From a virus (taxonomy: Duplodnaviria > Caudoviricetes): a stretch of DNA of 33,435 bases. Below the pieces are notes generated by a model. It worked only from the letters and a program-made list of their open reading frames with translations, was not told where the DNA came from and ran no database searches. The stretch is taken from positions 1 to 33,435 of IMG/VR virus record IMGVR_UViG_3300020045_006699. One strand, written 5' to 3'. Below are positions 1-9,273 of the stretch, in pieces. The position numbers were made by a program, and so were the translations under genes. The stretch's first letter is position 1. Each line of letters begins with the position of its first letter.

Positions 1-1113
1 CAAATGCAAATAGGTGTCGAAGACGAAGAAATTAAAATGGTCCAGTCCAAACTGGCTACTTTTAAAAGAGTTTCCGACGAAGGCGCGCGCGCGTCTGGTG
101 TGTTCAATCGTGCCACGTCTGCCGCTTATGATTTGCAGGCTGCAGGATTTGGTGAAGCGTCACAAAACGCAGTATTATTAGGTAAGGCATTACAGGACCC
201 AACCAGGGGCGCCACTGCGTTAGCCAGAACTGGGGCTTTGAATAAATCGGACATTCCATTAATTAAACAGATACAGGCGACTAAAGGTCTGGGCGCTGCG
301 CAGGAATACGTTTTAAAACGTGTCGAAATGCAGGTAAAAGGACAGGCTGCTAACACGGCTACGTCTGCTGCTAAAATGAAGGTTCAATTTGCTGAAGTTT
401 CCGAAACACTAGGGAAGACATTATTACCGCAGGTTCAAAAAACCATGAAGTCTATAGGTGACGCTGCTAATAGGTTTAATGCCTGGGCACAAAATAACAA
501 AGGTCTGGTTTCTACTATCGTTAATGTAGTTGGGAAACTGGGTTTATTATCGCTAGGCGTGTCTGCCGCTTCGTTTATGTTTGGCGGTCTGTTTAAAACT
601 ATAGCGTTTGGACAGAAAATATTTCTGTTAACCAGAACAGCCTATATAGCCTACACGGCAGCCACTGCTGCAGGTGCGGGTATTACTGGCGGAATGACTG
701 CTGCAGTTACCGCTTTGAACCTGGCGTTTTTAGCAAACCCTATAACCTGGATTATACTTGGAATTGTGGCACTGATCGCTGCGGGTTATTTGCTAATAAA
801 AAACTGGGACAAAGTAAAAGTATTTTTTGTAAACCTTTGGGCTAACATAAAACGCGTGTTCCTGCAGGCGTGGGAATTCGTGAAAAACATATTTTTCAAA
901 TACACACCGCAGGGACTTATCATAGCGAACTGGTCTAAAATAGTAGCGTTTTTTGCTACGCTTTGGACCAACGTAAAACAGAAGTTTGGCGTTTTTATAG
1001 ATTTTGTTCTATACCTTCCGAAGTTGTTTTTTAATGCAGGAATTGGAATAGTTACAGGAATCTGGAACGGAATAAAATCTAAAGCTACAGCGCTATTCGA
1101 TTACGTTAAAAAT
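1..1113 (+). repeat. Second, partial copy of tape measure gene (equivalent to 3374-4489)
   Basis: 1-~815 is near-identical to 3374-~4190 with mostly synonymous changes; ~820-1093 is strongly diverged; TATTCGATTACGTTAAAAAT is identical at 1094-1113 and 4470-4489. Confidence 0.95.
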
Positions 1114-1998
1114 TTTTCTGGCGTTCGAACAGGGATGCAGTGTTGGGAATTGGTGTTTAATACTTTTGGGTTCTATCCAAAAATATTACTGGCGCCAGTT
1201 ACCTGTGAACTTCCTGCAGTAGCTACAGAAATGATAGCGTTAGCTGCAAAATACCGTGCTATCGCATTAATCGATGCGCCAGTGGGAACTTCGGTTACTG
1301 CTGCAGTAGCAGGACGTGGACCTGCTTCGACTATGAATTTTAAAACATCGTCAGACAGGGCTTATTTATTAGTTCCGCATTTGTCAGTGTACGACGCAGA
1401 TTCGGACGCTAACCAAAATAGACCATACAGCCAATTTATGGCAGGTCTTATGGCTAGAGTAGACGAACAGGAAGGCTACTGGGTTTCGCCTTCAAACCAT
1501 GAAATATTCGGAATCGTAGGGACAGAATACGTAGTTACGGCTTCGGTTAACGATCCAAATACTGAAGCGAATTTATTAAATTCTGCAGGTATTACTACGA
1601 CGTTTACTGGTTATGGAACTGGCACGCGTGCCTGGGGGAACCGTTCGGCTTCTTATCCGAAGAATACAGACCAGAAAAATTTTATTCCTATACGAAGACT
1701 GGCGGACGTAGTACACGAATCGCTAGAACAGGCTTCGTTACAGTTTATAGACAAACCATTAACCCAGGCGTTAATCGATGCAATTCGTGACACTGGAAAC
1801 GGTTTCTTTAAAACGCTTATCGGACGTGGCGCATGTCTTCCAGGATCTAAAGTAATTTATAACCCTGCAGACAACAGCGCGGAAGAATTATCTGCGGGAC
1901 ACGTAGTATTCGAATTAAGTTTTGCGGGTGCTTCACCTGCCGAACGTATCACGTTTAAATCACACATCGACATTAACCTATTAACACAGTTAGTATAA
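1114..1998 (+). CDS. Contractile tail sheath protein, C-terminal part (N-terminus replaced by tape-measure sequence in ORF 4..1998)
   Basis: Sheath motifs GVRTG..PKILLAP, ALIDAP, GYWVSPSN, LNSAGITT, WGNRS, FIPIRR, PAERITF; directly upstream of the tube gene. Confidence 0.9.
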   Translation, partial: FSGVRTGMQCWELVFNTFGFYPKILLAPVTCELPAVATEMIALAAKYRAIALIDAPVGTSVTAAVAGRGPASTMNFKTSSDRAYLLVPHLSVYDADSDANQNRPYSQFMAGLMARVDEQEGYWVSPSNHEIFGIVGTEYVVTASVNDPNTEANLLNSAGITTTFTGYGTGTRAWGNRSASYPKNTDQKNFIPIRRLADVVHESLEQASLQFIDKPLTQALIDAIRDTGNGFFKTLIGRGACLPGSKVIYNPADNSAEELSAGHVVFELSFAGASPAERITFKSHIDINLLTQLV

Positions 1999-2516
1999 TG
2001 GCTATTCAAGTAAACAGACTTACAAATGCGAATGTCTATGTAGACGGAAATTCGCAACTAGGCAAAGCCGAAGAAATTAACCTTCCAGACGTAACATTTA
2101 TGTTATCTGAACATAAAGCGTTAGGCATGGTCGGTAAATTCGAACTGTTTTCGGGTATCGATAAACTGGAAGCCACTATTAAGTGGAATGCTTTTTACGC
2201 CGACGTGTTAAAAAAATTCGCAGATCCGCGCAAGGTTATGAAACTGCAGATTCGTTCTAGTTTGGAAACTTACGATTCTAACGGATTGGTAGCTGAAGTT
2301 CCGTGCGTAGCGTATTTAACCGTTCAGGCTAAAAACTTCCCTGCAGGAAACTTCAAACAGCACGACAACGTAGAAGCTACTTCGAAACTTACATGCACTG
2401 CATATAAGTTAGAAATAAACGGACAGGAAGTTATCGACTACGACGCACTGGCTAACGTTTACAGTGTTGACGGTGTAGATTTATTTGCAAATTACCGCGC
2501 TAACATAGGCGGATAA
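1998..2516 (+). CDS. Major tail tube protein (P2 FII-like)
   Basis: 172 aa; N-terminal NANVYVDG..LG.AEEI.LP and C-terminal YKLEING..ID..N...DG motifs; follows sheath. Confidence 0.9.
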   Translation: MAIQVNRLTNANVYVDGNSQLGKAEEINLPDVTFMLSEHKALGMVGKFELFSGIDKLEATIKWNAFYADVLKKFADPRKVMKLQIRSSLETYDSNGLVAEVPCVAYLTVQAKNFPAGNFKQHDNVEATSKLTCTAYKLEINGQEVIDYDALANVYSVDGVDLFANYRANIGG

Positions 2517-2574
2517 ACCATAAAACCCGTGCCTAGCGGTGCGGGTATATTATAATTCAAAAACTATAATTACC

Positions 2575-2889
2575 ATGCCAGACAACAACCTGAAACCAAA
2601 ACCAAAAACGCCTGCCGCAGCAGCTAATGCAGCAGAACCCGTAAAGTACGCCAGGGAATTTAAACTTCCTTCTGGGAAAAAATGTGGAATTTTATCTTTT
2701 AAAGGAAAACACATACAGCAGGCAAAGCGCCTAATGGACCCAGAAAAAGGCGGAACCGATATGGACGAATGTACCGCAGCAATTTTAGTAGAAATTGACG
2801 GTAAAAAAATTGTCGTAGAAGACTTTCCAGAAATGGACGGTAAAGATTATTTAGCAATTATAGGACCGATTAACGAACTTTTTTTGTAA
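2575..2889 (+). CDS. Tail assembly chaperone (gpE/gpG-like)
   Basis: Lies between tube and tape measure; LPSG and MDGKDY motifs; ATG at 2575 preferred over GTG at 2539; ends in TTTTTTG slippery site. Confidence 0.8.
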   Translation: MPDNNLKPKPKTPAAAANAAEPVKYAREFKLPSGKKCGILSFKGKHIQQAKRLMDPEKGGTDMDECTAAILVEIDGKKIVVEDFPEMDGKDYLAIIGPINELFL

Positions 2890-3026
2890 CGCCAGAACAG
2901 TTAATGTTTTTGGCGCATTTCAGTAACACGGGGCTAGACATTCTGTTAGAAATGGACGGAAACGAAGTTTATTACTGGTTTCACGAAGCCGAAAAATTGT
3001 TTCAAAAAATGAACCCACAGGATTAG
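2880..3026 (+). CDS. -1 frameshift extension of tail chaperone (gpE'-like)
   Basis: CTT TTT TTG TAA at 2878-2889; -1 frame reads VTPEQLMFLAHFSNTGLDILLEMDGNEVYYWFHEAEKLFQKMNPQD* to TAG at 3024-3026. Confidence 0.85.
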   Translation, partial: FFVTPEQLMFLAHFSNTGLDILLEMDGNEVYYWFHEAEKLFQKMNPQD

Positions 3027-3052
3027 CCGTATTAAAAAAATACGGCTTTTTT
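3025..3052 (+). terminator. Intrinsic terminator-like hairpin
   Basis: AGCCGTATT-AAAAA-AATACGGCT followed by a T run. Confidence 0.6.
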
Positions 3053-3061
3053 AATAATATT

Positions 3062-4843
3062 ATGGCAAATAAAAAAAGTTTTGAAGTAGCGTTATTACTT
3101 ACTGCGTCCGACAAAGCCAGTAGGGTAATAAATGCAGCCACAGAGAAAGCGAAAAAAGATATAGCTAGTATGTCTAACCTGGGAAGTAAAGCGTTTGCCT
3201 TAGGGCGAACTTCTGGCGCTTTCGGGTTGGGTATAATTGGCGGTCTGGGTCTTACTGTGAAAGCAGCCGAAGAATCCGAAGTGGCTAACAAACGTTTGGA
3301 ACAGACTTTTAAAACTATGGGCGAAGCTAACGGCGACGCAGCAAAGGAAGCCGAAAACTACGCAGATAAATTGCAAATGCAAATAGGCGTCGAGGACGAA
3401 GAAATTAAAATGGTCCAGTCCAAACTGGCTACTTTTAAAAGAGTTTCCGACGAAGGCGCGCGCGCGTCTGGTGTATTCAATCGTGCCACGTCTGCCGCTT
3501 ATGATTTGCAGGCTGCAGGATTTGGCGAAGCGTCACAAAACGCAGTATTATTAGGGAAGGCATTACAGGACCCAACCAGGGGCGCCACTGCGTTAGCCAG
3601 AACTGGGGCTTTGAATAAATCGGACATTCCGTTAATTAAACAAATACAGGCGACTAAAGGTCTGGGCGCCGCACAGGAATACGTTTTAAAACGTGTCGAA
3701 ATGCAGGTTAAAGGACAGGCTGCTAACACGGCTACGTCTGCTGCTAAAATGAAGGTTCAATTTGCCGAAGTTTCCGAAACGCTAGGGAAGACTTTATTAC
3801 CACAGGTTCAAAAAACTATGAAGTCCATAGGTGACGCAGCGAATAGGTTTAACGTCTGGGCGCAAAATAACAAAGGTCTAGTTTCTACTATAGTTAATGT
3901 AGTTGGGAAACTGGGTTTATTATCGCTAGGCGTGTCTGCCGCTTCGTTTATATTTGGCGGTCTGTTTAAAACTATAGCGTTCGGACAGAAAATATTTCTG
4001 TTAACCAGGACAGCCTATATAGCCTATACTGCCGCCACTGCTGTAGGCGCGGGCGTAACTGGCGGAATGACTGCTGCAGTTACCGCTTTGAACCTAGCAT
4101 TTTTAGCAAACCCTATAACCTGGATTATACTTGGAATTGTGGCACTTATCGCTGCGGGTTATTTGCTAATAAAAAACTGGGATAAAGTAAAATTATTTTT
4201 TGTTGGTCTTTGGGCGAATATAAAAATAGTGTTTACAAAAGCATGGGAATTTTTTAAAAAATGGGGCTTTTTAATGTTAGGTCCAGTAGGATTAATTATA
4301 AAATATTGGGACAATATTAAAAATTTCTTTGTTACGCTTTGGGCTAAAGTTAAAGTTATATTTATAAGTGGATTTAAGTTCTTCTTCGAACTTCCTGCTA
4401 GATTTGCAATACTAGGCGGAAATATAATTTCTGGAATCTGGACAGGTATAAAAAATAAAGTAGGACAATTATTCGATTACGTTAAAAATATAGGGAAGAA
4501 AATCGCAGACACGTTTAAGAACGTCCTGGGAATAGCTTCGCCTAGTAAGGTGTTTATGGACTACGGCGTAAACATTACCGAAGGTGCAAAAAAAGGAATC
4601 CAGAAGGGTTCTGGTTCCTTGGTTAATGCTTCGGCTTCTATGGGTAAATCTATAAAACCCGCTTCGCCTGGTTCACGTTCTGGCGGCGGCGGTTCTGGTG
4701 GTGGCATAACTATTAATTTTGCACCAGTAATAAATGGAAGCGGTAACGGGCAGGAAATGGCAGCACAATTAAAAACGCTTATTCCACAACTGGTCCGCGA
4801 AATAAAAGAAACGTTACGACGCGAACAAAGACTAGCATACTAA
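3062..4843 (+). CDS. Tail tape measure protein
   Basis: 593 aa, Ala/Gly-rich helical; hydrophobic segments, ANPITW, periodic Trp repeats, LGIASPSKVF motif; follows chaperone. Confidence 0.92.
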   Translation: MANKKSFEVALLLTASDKASRVINAATEKAKKDIASMSNLGSKAFALGRTSGAFGLGIIGGLGLTVKAAEESEVANKRLEQTFKTMGEANGDAAKEAENYADKLQMQIGVEDEEIKMVQSKLATFKRVSDEGARASGVFNRATSAAYDLQAAGFGEASQNAVLLGKALQDPTRGATALARTGALNKSDIPLIKQIQATKGLGAAQEYVLKRVEMQVKGQAANTATSAAKMKVQFAEVSETLGKTLLPQVQKTMKSIGDAANRFNVWAQNNKGLVSTIVNVVGKLGLLSLGVSAASFIFGGLFKTIAFGQKIFLLTRTAYIAYTAATAVGAGVTGGMTAAVTALNLAFLANPITWIILGIVALIAAGYLLIKNWDKVKLFFVGLWANIKIVFTKAWEFFKKWGFLMLGPVGLIIKYWDNIKNFFVTLWAKVKVIFISGFKFFFELPARFAILGGNIISGIWTGIKNKVGQLFDYVKNIGKKIADTFKNVLGIASPSKVFMDYGVNITEGAKKGIQKGSGSLVNASASMGKSIKPASPGSRSGGGGSGGGITINFAPVINGSGNGQEMAAQLKTLIPQLVREIKETLRREQRLAY

Positions 4844-4910
4844 ATGTTAAAATTATGTTAAAGTTTTGATTTATGCTTGCAGTATTCAAATATCGCCGTA
4901 TCTTTGAATA
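4844..4910 (+). promoter_or_regulatory. Bacteroidota sigma70-type promoter with tandem ATGTTAAA boxes and overlapping inverted repeat
   Basis: ATGTTAAA at 4844 and 4855; TTG near 4877; TATCTTTG (-7 element TAnnTTTG) at 4899-4906; TATTCAAA (4883-4890) / TTTGAATA (4903-4910) inverted repeat. Confidence 0.75.
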
Positions 4911-4949
4911 TCGGAAAGCAATAAAGCAGACGATTAACAAATAGAAATT

Positions 4950-5249
4950 ATGAAAACTACAAAAAACACAGTATTAGCGAAAAAAATTGAAAAAGCAACA
5001 AAAGCAAAACAATTAAGTAAAGGATCTTTAGTTTATGGCTGGTTGTTAAATATCGTAAACGGACAAACAGAATTCCGTCCAGTGTTTACCCAGGGTTCAA
5101 CTTGGAAGCATTCTTCTTTAGTTGACAAAGCTAGAGAAATGGAAACGGCATTGAGATTGTTAGGGTTAAGTTTTTCAACTACTAACGATGCCCCTAGAGG
5201 TGGAAAAACAGGCGTTAGGATTGATATTTTAACCAAAATAACAAAATAA
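4950..5249 (+). CDS. Moron-encoded hypothetical protein (99 aa, basic)
   Basis: ORF with its own promoter, inserted between tape measure and gpU-like gene. Confidence 0.8.
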   Translation: MKTTKNTVLAKKIEKATKAKQLSKGSLVYGWLLNIVNGQTEFRPVFTQGSTWKHSSLVDKAREMETALRLLGLSFSTTNDAPRGGKTGVRIDILTKITK

Positions 5250-5251
5250 AA

Positions 5252-5416
5252 ATGGCACAAAATCTAAAACCAAACCGCCTCGATAATAGGGGCGGTGAGC
5301 GCAAAGGCTCGGGACGTAAACCAGACGAAGTTCCTATGATGGTTTTTTACCGCAGGGTAACTAAAGAACAAGCCGAACAACTGGACGCGTTATTAAAATC
5401 ACTTAAAAAAAATTAA
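5252..5416 (+). CDS. Small putative DNA-binding protein (54 aa; RGGxRxGSGRKP plus strand-helix), not in ORF track
   Basis: Manual translation MAQNLKPNRLDNRGGERKGSGRKPDEVPMMVFYRRVTKEQAEQLDALLKSLKKN*; starts 2 nt after the previous stop. Confidence 0.75.
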   Translation: MAQNLKPNRLDNRGGERKGSGRKPDEVPMMVFYRRVTKEQAEQLDALLKSLKKN

Positions 5417-5440
5417 CCGTATTTTATAATACGGTTTTTT
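5415..5440 (+). terminator. Intrinsic terminator closing the moron
   Basis: AACCGTATT-TTAT-AATACGGTT followed by a T run. Confidence 0.7.
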
Positions 5441-5454
5441 ATTATATTTACAAA

Positions 5455-6312
5455 ATGTATGCACAACTAGGAAATATTAGATTTGAAGGTTTAAAGGGTT
5501 TTTCTTCACTAGAAGAAACTTTTGCCGTAAACTATGCGCAGCACGAACGAATAAAATCTAAACCACGTCTGGAACGCGTAGGCGACATATTAAATAGTGT
5601 TTCCTTCGAAATGTTTTTACATGCACAGTTTACGGATCCTGAATCCGACATAGCGACAATGTACGAAGCTATGCAGACTGGCGAAATAATGACACTTATT
5701 TTAGGGAATGGAAAAATAGTCGGCGACTTTGTAATTCCGAATTTTAAAAAGACTACCGAATTTACAGACCCTACAGGAAACATAATTTCGGCTACCATAG
5801 CTGTAGAATTACTGGAATGTTTTAACGAAAATCGCCTGGACGAAGAAAAAAAACAGGCTGTTAATTCTGCATTCGCCACCAATAACAGAACGTCTAACGT
5901 TCGTTCGACTATGCTTCCTAAATTGTCGCCTGCGACAGTGGTAACTTCGGACGTTTCTAAAATGGAAATTTCTACTTTATCGGTTACACAGCACACAGCA
6001 AACATAGAAGCAAATCCTGCGGCTTCGGATTACTATTCTGGGAAAATAGACATTTCGTTAAACGGAATTCTATCTAACGTCGCAAGTGTTACAAATGCGC
6101 TAAACGGCGACACTTCGCTACTGAATAATGCGCCGTTATTAAATTTAGCTATGAACGGGGTTTATACTGCGGTCCAAAACATGAAGGCGGTTTTACCGAT
6201 TTCAAATATTAATGATTTCAAAGTTTTAGTAAACCAGTTACGGTCTTCGGTCCTTACAGCACAAAGTGCAAACGTCGTAAATACTAACATGTCTATAATC
6301 CGCAGAAAATGA
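5455..6312 (+). CDS. Phage tail protein (P2 gpU-like N-terminal domain plus helical extension)
   Basis: MYAQLG..F, YAQHERI..KPRLE..G, G.FVI motifs; precedes tail X. Confidence 0.8.
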   Translation: MYAQLGNIRFEGLKGFSSLEETFAVNYAQHERIKSKPRLERVGDILNSVSFEMFLHAQFTDPESDIATMYEAMQTGEIMTLILGNGKIVGDFVIPNFKKTTEFTDPTGNIISATIAVELLECFNENRLDEEKKQAVNSAFATNNRTSNVRSTMLPKLSPATVVTSDVSKMEISTLSVTQHTANIEANPAASDYYSGKIDISLNGILSNVASVTNALNGDTSLLNNAPLLNLAMNGVYTAVQNMKAVLPISNINDFKVLVNQLRSSVLTAQSANVVNTNMSIIRRK

Positions 6313-6527
6313 GTTTTACAGAATACATAGTAAAAGAGGGCGACCGTTGGGACACTATAGCGTTTAAGGCATACGGCGACGCTACACTGGTTAACGGAAT
6401 TATTGAAGCGAATGTTTCTACCGTCGTTTCGCCTATTTTGGTTGCGGGTTCCAGGATAAAAGTTCCTATTTTGGAATCTGGCGACATACAGCTAGACAGT
6501 GAATTATTACCACCCTGGAAACGTTAA
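6309..6527 (+). CDS. Tail protein X (LysM-like)
   Basis: Y.VKEGDRWD.IA..AYG..I.EAN..L.AG..I..P..LPPW. Confidence 0.9.
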   Translation: MSFTEYIVKEGDRWDTIAFKAYGDATLVNGIIEANVSTVVSPILVAGSRIKVPILESGDIQLDSELLPPWKR

Positions 6528-6529
6528 AA

Positions 6530-7660
6530 ATGAATGTATCTGCTACAGCCTTTACGGTTCTATATAACACTAAAAATATTACGGCAGATATAGCTAAATA
6601 TCTGCTGTCACTTACCTATAAAGACAAAACCCACGGCGAATCTGACGAAGTAGAAATAGAACTGGAAGACGTCGACGCATTATGGCAGAATGGTTGGTAT
6701 CCAGAAAAAGGCGCCAAACTTACTGTTACTATGGGCGCGCTGAAATGCGGAATATTTGAAATCGACGAAATAGAATTTAAAGGACCGCCTACTACCGTTT
6801 CTATTCGCGGAATGGCTACTGGTATTACTTCCAGTCTTCGCACGAAAAAATCCGACGCGCACGAAAACAAAACTTTAAAACAGATAGCCCAGAAGGTAGC
6901 CAGTAAAAACGGGCTAACCGTTACAGGCGAAGTTCCAGAAATTTCTATAGGACGTGTTACACAGAATAAAGAAACCGACCTGGCGTTTTTAAAACGTGTA
7001 GCAGGAATGTACGGCGTGGTTTTTTCTGTTCGCGATACTAAAATTATTTTTACTTCTGTGTATGATCTGGAAAAACGCGGGTCGTCGTTTGTTATGGATA
7101 TAACCGATTTAACAGGGTATTCATTGAAGGACAAAGCGGACGGCGCTAAAAAATCTACTTCGGTACACGGTAACGCAAAATCTAACGAAAAAGTACAGGC
7201 AGAAAAAGACTATTCCGAATGGCAGGAAGAAGAAGGGTATAAATACCCAGATTCTGCTTCTGCAGACGAAGAAGTGGAATATTCATATTCCGAAAACAAA
7301 CAGCAGGCAGAAGCGAAAGCTAAAGCAGTAATGCACCTGTCCGCAAAAAACCAGTTCGAAGGGAATATAGCTATAGCAGCCGTAGAATTTCACGACCTGG
7401 CATGTGCAGGAAACAATTTCCAGTTAAACGGAATCGGAAAACTGTCTGGAAAATATCACATAGAAGCTAGCACACACAAACTGGATAAAAGCGGCGGGCG
7501 TACCTGCGAATGTGACATAAAACGTCTGCAGCTTCCTGAAAAATCAACACAAGTAACTGTTAAAAAACCTAAAGCGCAGCCGAAAAACACGCCAGTTTTC
7601 AGAGAAAGCCAGGTATTTAAAAAACCAGGGGACCGAACAGGAATTTATATAAAAAGATAG
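6530..7660 (+). CDS. Baseplate hub (P2 gpD / late control D family)
   Basis: SLTYKD..GESD, G.FEIDE, QNKETDLAFLKR, G.LSGKY.I...H motifs; synteny. Confidence 0.88.
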   Translation: MNVSATAFTVLYNTKNITADIAKYLLSLTYKDKTHGESDEVEIELEDVDALWQNGWYPEKGAKLTVTMGALKCGIFEIDEIEFKGPPTTVSIRGMATGITSSLRTKKSDAHENKTLKQIAQKVASKNGLTVTGEVPEISIGRVTQNKETDLAFLKRVAGMYGVVFSVRDTKIIFTSVYDLEKRGSSFVMDITDLTGYSLKDKADGAKKSTSVHGNAKSNEKVQAEKDYSEWQEEEGYKYPDSASADEEVEYSYSENKQQAEAKAKAVMHLSAKNQFEGNIAIAAVEFHDLACAGNNFQLNGIGKLSGKYHIEASTHKLDKSGGRTCECDIKRLQLPEKSTQVTVKKPKAQPKNTPVFRESQVFKKPGDRTGIYIKR

Positions 7661-7683
7661 ATAATTTTTATTACATTTGAAAA

Positions 7684-8421
7684 ATGTTAAGATTTGGAAT
7701 TATTTCTGAAGTAGACGTAACTAACGGTTATGCGCGTGTTAAGTTCCTGGACGACGACATAGTTTCGGCGCCTTTGCAATATCTAACGCGTTCTGCTTTG
7801 GTGGACAAAGATAATTTTACTTTTGACATTAACGAACAGGTAGCCTGTCTAATGGACGAAAATTCGGAACAGGGCGTTATTTTGGGCGCCATGTTTAACG
7901 ATAAAACGAAACCCAGTGCAGGCGGCGGGACTGGAATTTATAAAGTGAAGTTTTCGGACGACAGTTTTATAGAATATAACAGGAACACGCATAAATATAA
8001 AATTAATATCCAGGGCGACGTCGACATAGTTAGCACAGGAACCACTACAGTAGAAGCCGAAACGGTAGAAGTAGCTGCGACCACTGTAAACGTAGACGCC
8101 ACAGTGGTAAATGTAGACGCAGAATCTGTTAGTATTGAAGCCAGTAATGTAGATGTTACGGGCGCCGTAAATATTACAGGCGAAGTTAATATAGTTGGCG
8201 GTCTTACCGCTTCTGCAGCAGTGCAGGGATTAACTGTAGTCGGTGTAGTTTCTATTTCTGCGCCTTCTATTTCTGGCGGCGGATTCAGTGCTGCAGGTGG
8301 GGACGCTTCTGTTAGCGGAACTATGTCTGCGGCAGTAGTTGAAGCAAATGGAATAGATTTAGAAACACACGTACACCCAGGAGTTACAGCAGGCGGTGCT
8401 TCAACTGGACCACCAACGTAA
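7684..8421 (+). CDS. Baseplate spike (P2 gpV-like)
   Basis: OB-fold N-terminus, FSDDSFIEYNR, Val-rich beta-helix repeats, C-terminal HxH (THVHPG) tip. Confidence 0.9.
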   Translation: MLRFGIISEVDVTNGYARVKFLDDDIVSAPLQYLTRSALVDKDNFTFDINEQVACLMDENSEQGVILGAMFNDKTKPSAGGGTGIYKVKFSDDSFIEYNRNTHKYKINIQGDVDIVSTGTTTVEAETVEVAATTVNVDATVVNVDAESVSIEASNVDVTGAVNITGEVNIVGGLTASAAVQGLTVVGVVSISAPSISGGGFSAAGGDASVSGTMSAAVVEANGIDLETHVHPGVTAGGASTGPPT

Positions 8422-8428
8422 AAAATAT

Positions 8429-8863
8429 ATGGCAACTAAAATACAAGACATACGGGCTATAAACTGGCAGTTATCCAGTAAAAAAATTGGTGAAATTGTT
8501 TCGGGAATCGACGACATTCGCCAGTGTGTCGAAACTATTTTAACCACGCACAAAGGCAGCCTTCCGTTAAATCCATTTTTCGGAAGTGATATTTACCAGT
8601 TTATCGACAGACCAGTTAACACTGCTGTAGCTAATATTTCGGCAGAAATCCTGGACGCTTTGACAAAATGGGAAAACCGTATTATAATAAAAAAATTACT
8701 GTATAATATTGTAGATTCCAGAATAGACTACCAGTTATTTTTAGAATTGGTGGAATCTGGCGAAACTACCGAAATATTATTTTATATCGATTACCAGTTA
8801 CAAGTGCAACAAACCAACGATAACAGGAATTTTAGTCACGGATTTAGTTTCGGATTTAATTAA
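8429..8863 (+). CDS. Baseplate gpW/gp25-like protein
   Basis: DDIRQC..IL.T.KGS.PL.P.FGS..ID.P..AL.KWE.RI; ATG at 8429. Confidence 0.9.
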   Translation: MATKIQDIRAINWQLSSKKIGEIVSGIDDIRQCVETILTTHKGSLPLNPFFGSDIYQFIDRPVNTAVANISAEILDALTKWENRIIIKKLLYNIVDSRIDYQLFLELVESGETTEILFYIDYQLQVQQTNDNRNFSHGFSFGFN

Positions 8864-8869
8864 CGGATT

Positions 8870-9262
8870 ATGACACAGGAAGAACAAATAAATCTAATAA
8901 ATTCGCTAATTATAGATAACAATATAATGGCAGTAACGCCTGCTATAGCGCGTGAAGTTCTTATAGCTATGGTAATGTCGCAAACGCCTTCTACTGATGT
9001 TGGAAGCGGATTTTCTGCAGCGCACCCGCTACTATACGACGCTTTTACAAATACGTTAAGACTTCCGCCAATACCTTACCAGGGCGTTAGAGTAAAGGCA
9101 AAAATGGACGGAAATTTACAGTTTTACCTAGAAGAAGGCGACATAGTAGAAGGTTGGTCGCCAGACGGGAAATCCTGGTGGGACAGCGCAGTTTATAACG
9201 GCGGTCCTTTGGTTGAAGAAGGAAGTTTTACAGTATTAGTAGGAACGCAAATTACCGAGTAA
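8870..9262 (+). CDS. Hypothetical, possible fibre/adaptor structural protein
   Basis: 130 aa ORF tightly packed after gpW. Confidence 0.6.
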   Translation: MTQEEQINLINSLIIDNNIMAVTPAIAREVLIAMVMSQTPSTDVGSGFSAAHPLLYDAFTNTLRLPPIPYQGVRVKAKMDGNLQFYLEEGDIVEGWSPDGKSWWDSAVYNGGPLVEEGSFTVLVGTQITE

Positions 9263-9273
9263 ATTTATAAAAA

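Noticed and set aside
1-1113. Terminal redundancy / circular overlap
   Set aside because: The repeat matches an internal locus (3374), not the window end, and is not identical
1-4489. Diversity-generating retroelement TR/VR pair
   Set aside because: Differences between the copies are mostly synonymous and not adenine-specific, the repeat is over 1 kb, and no reverse transcriptase is present
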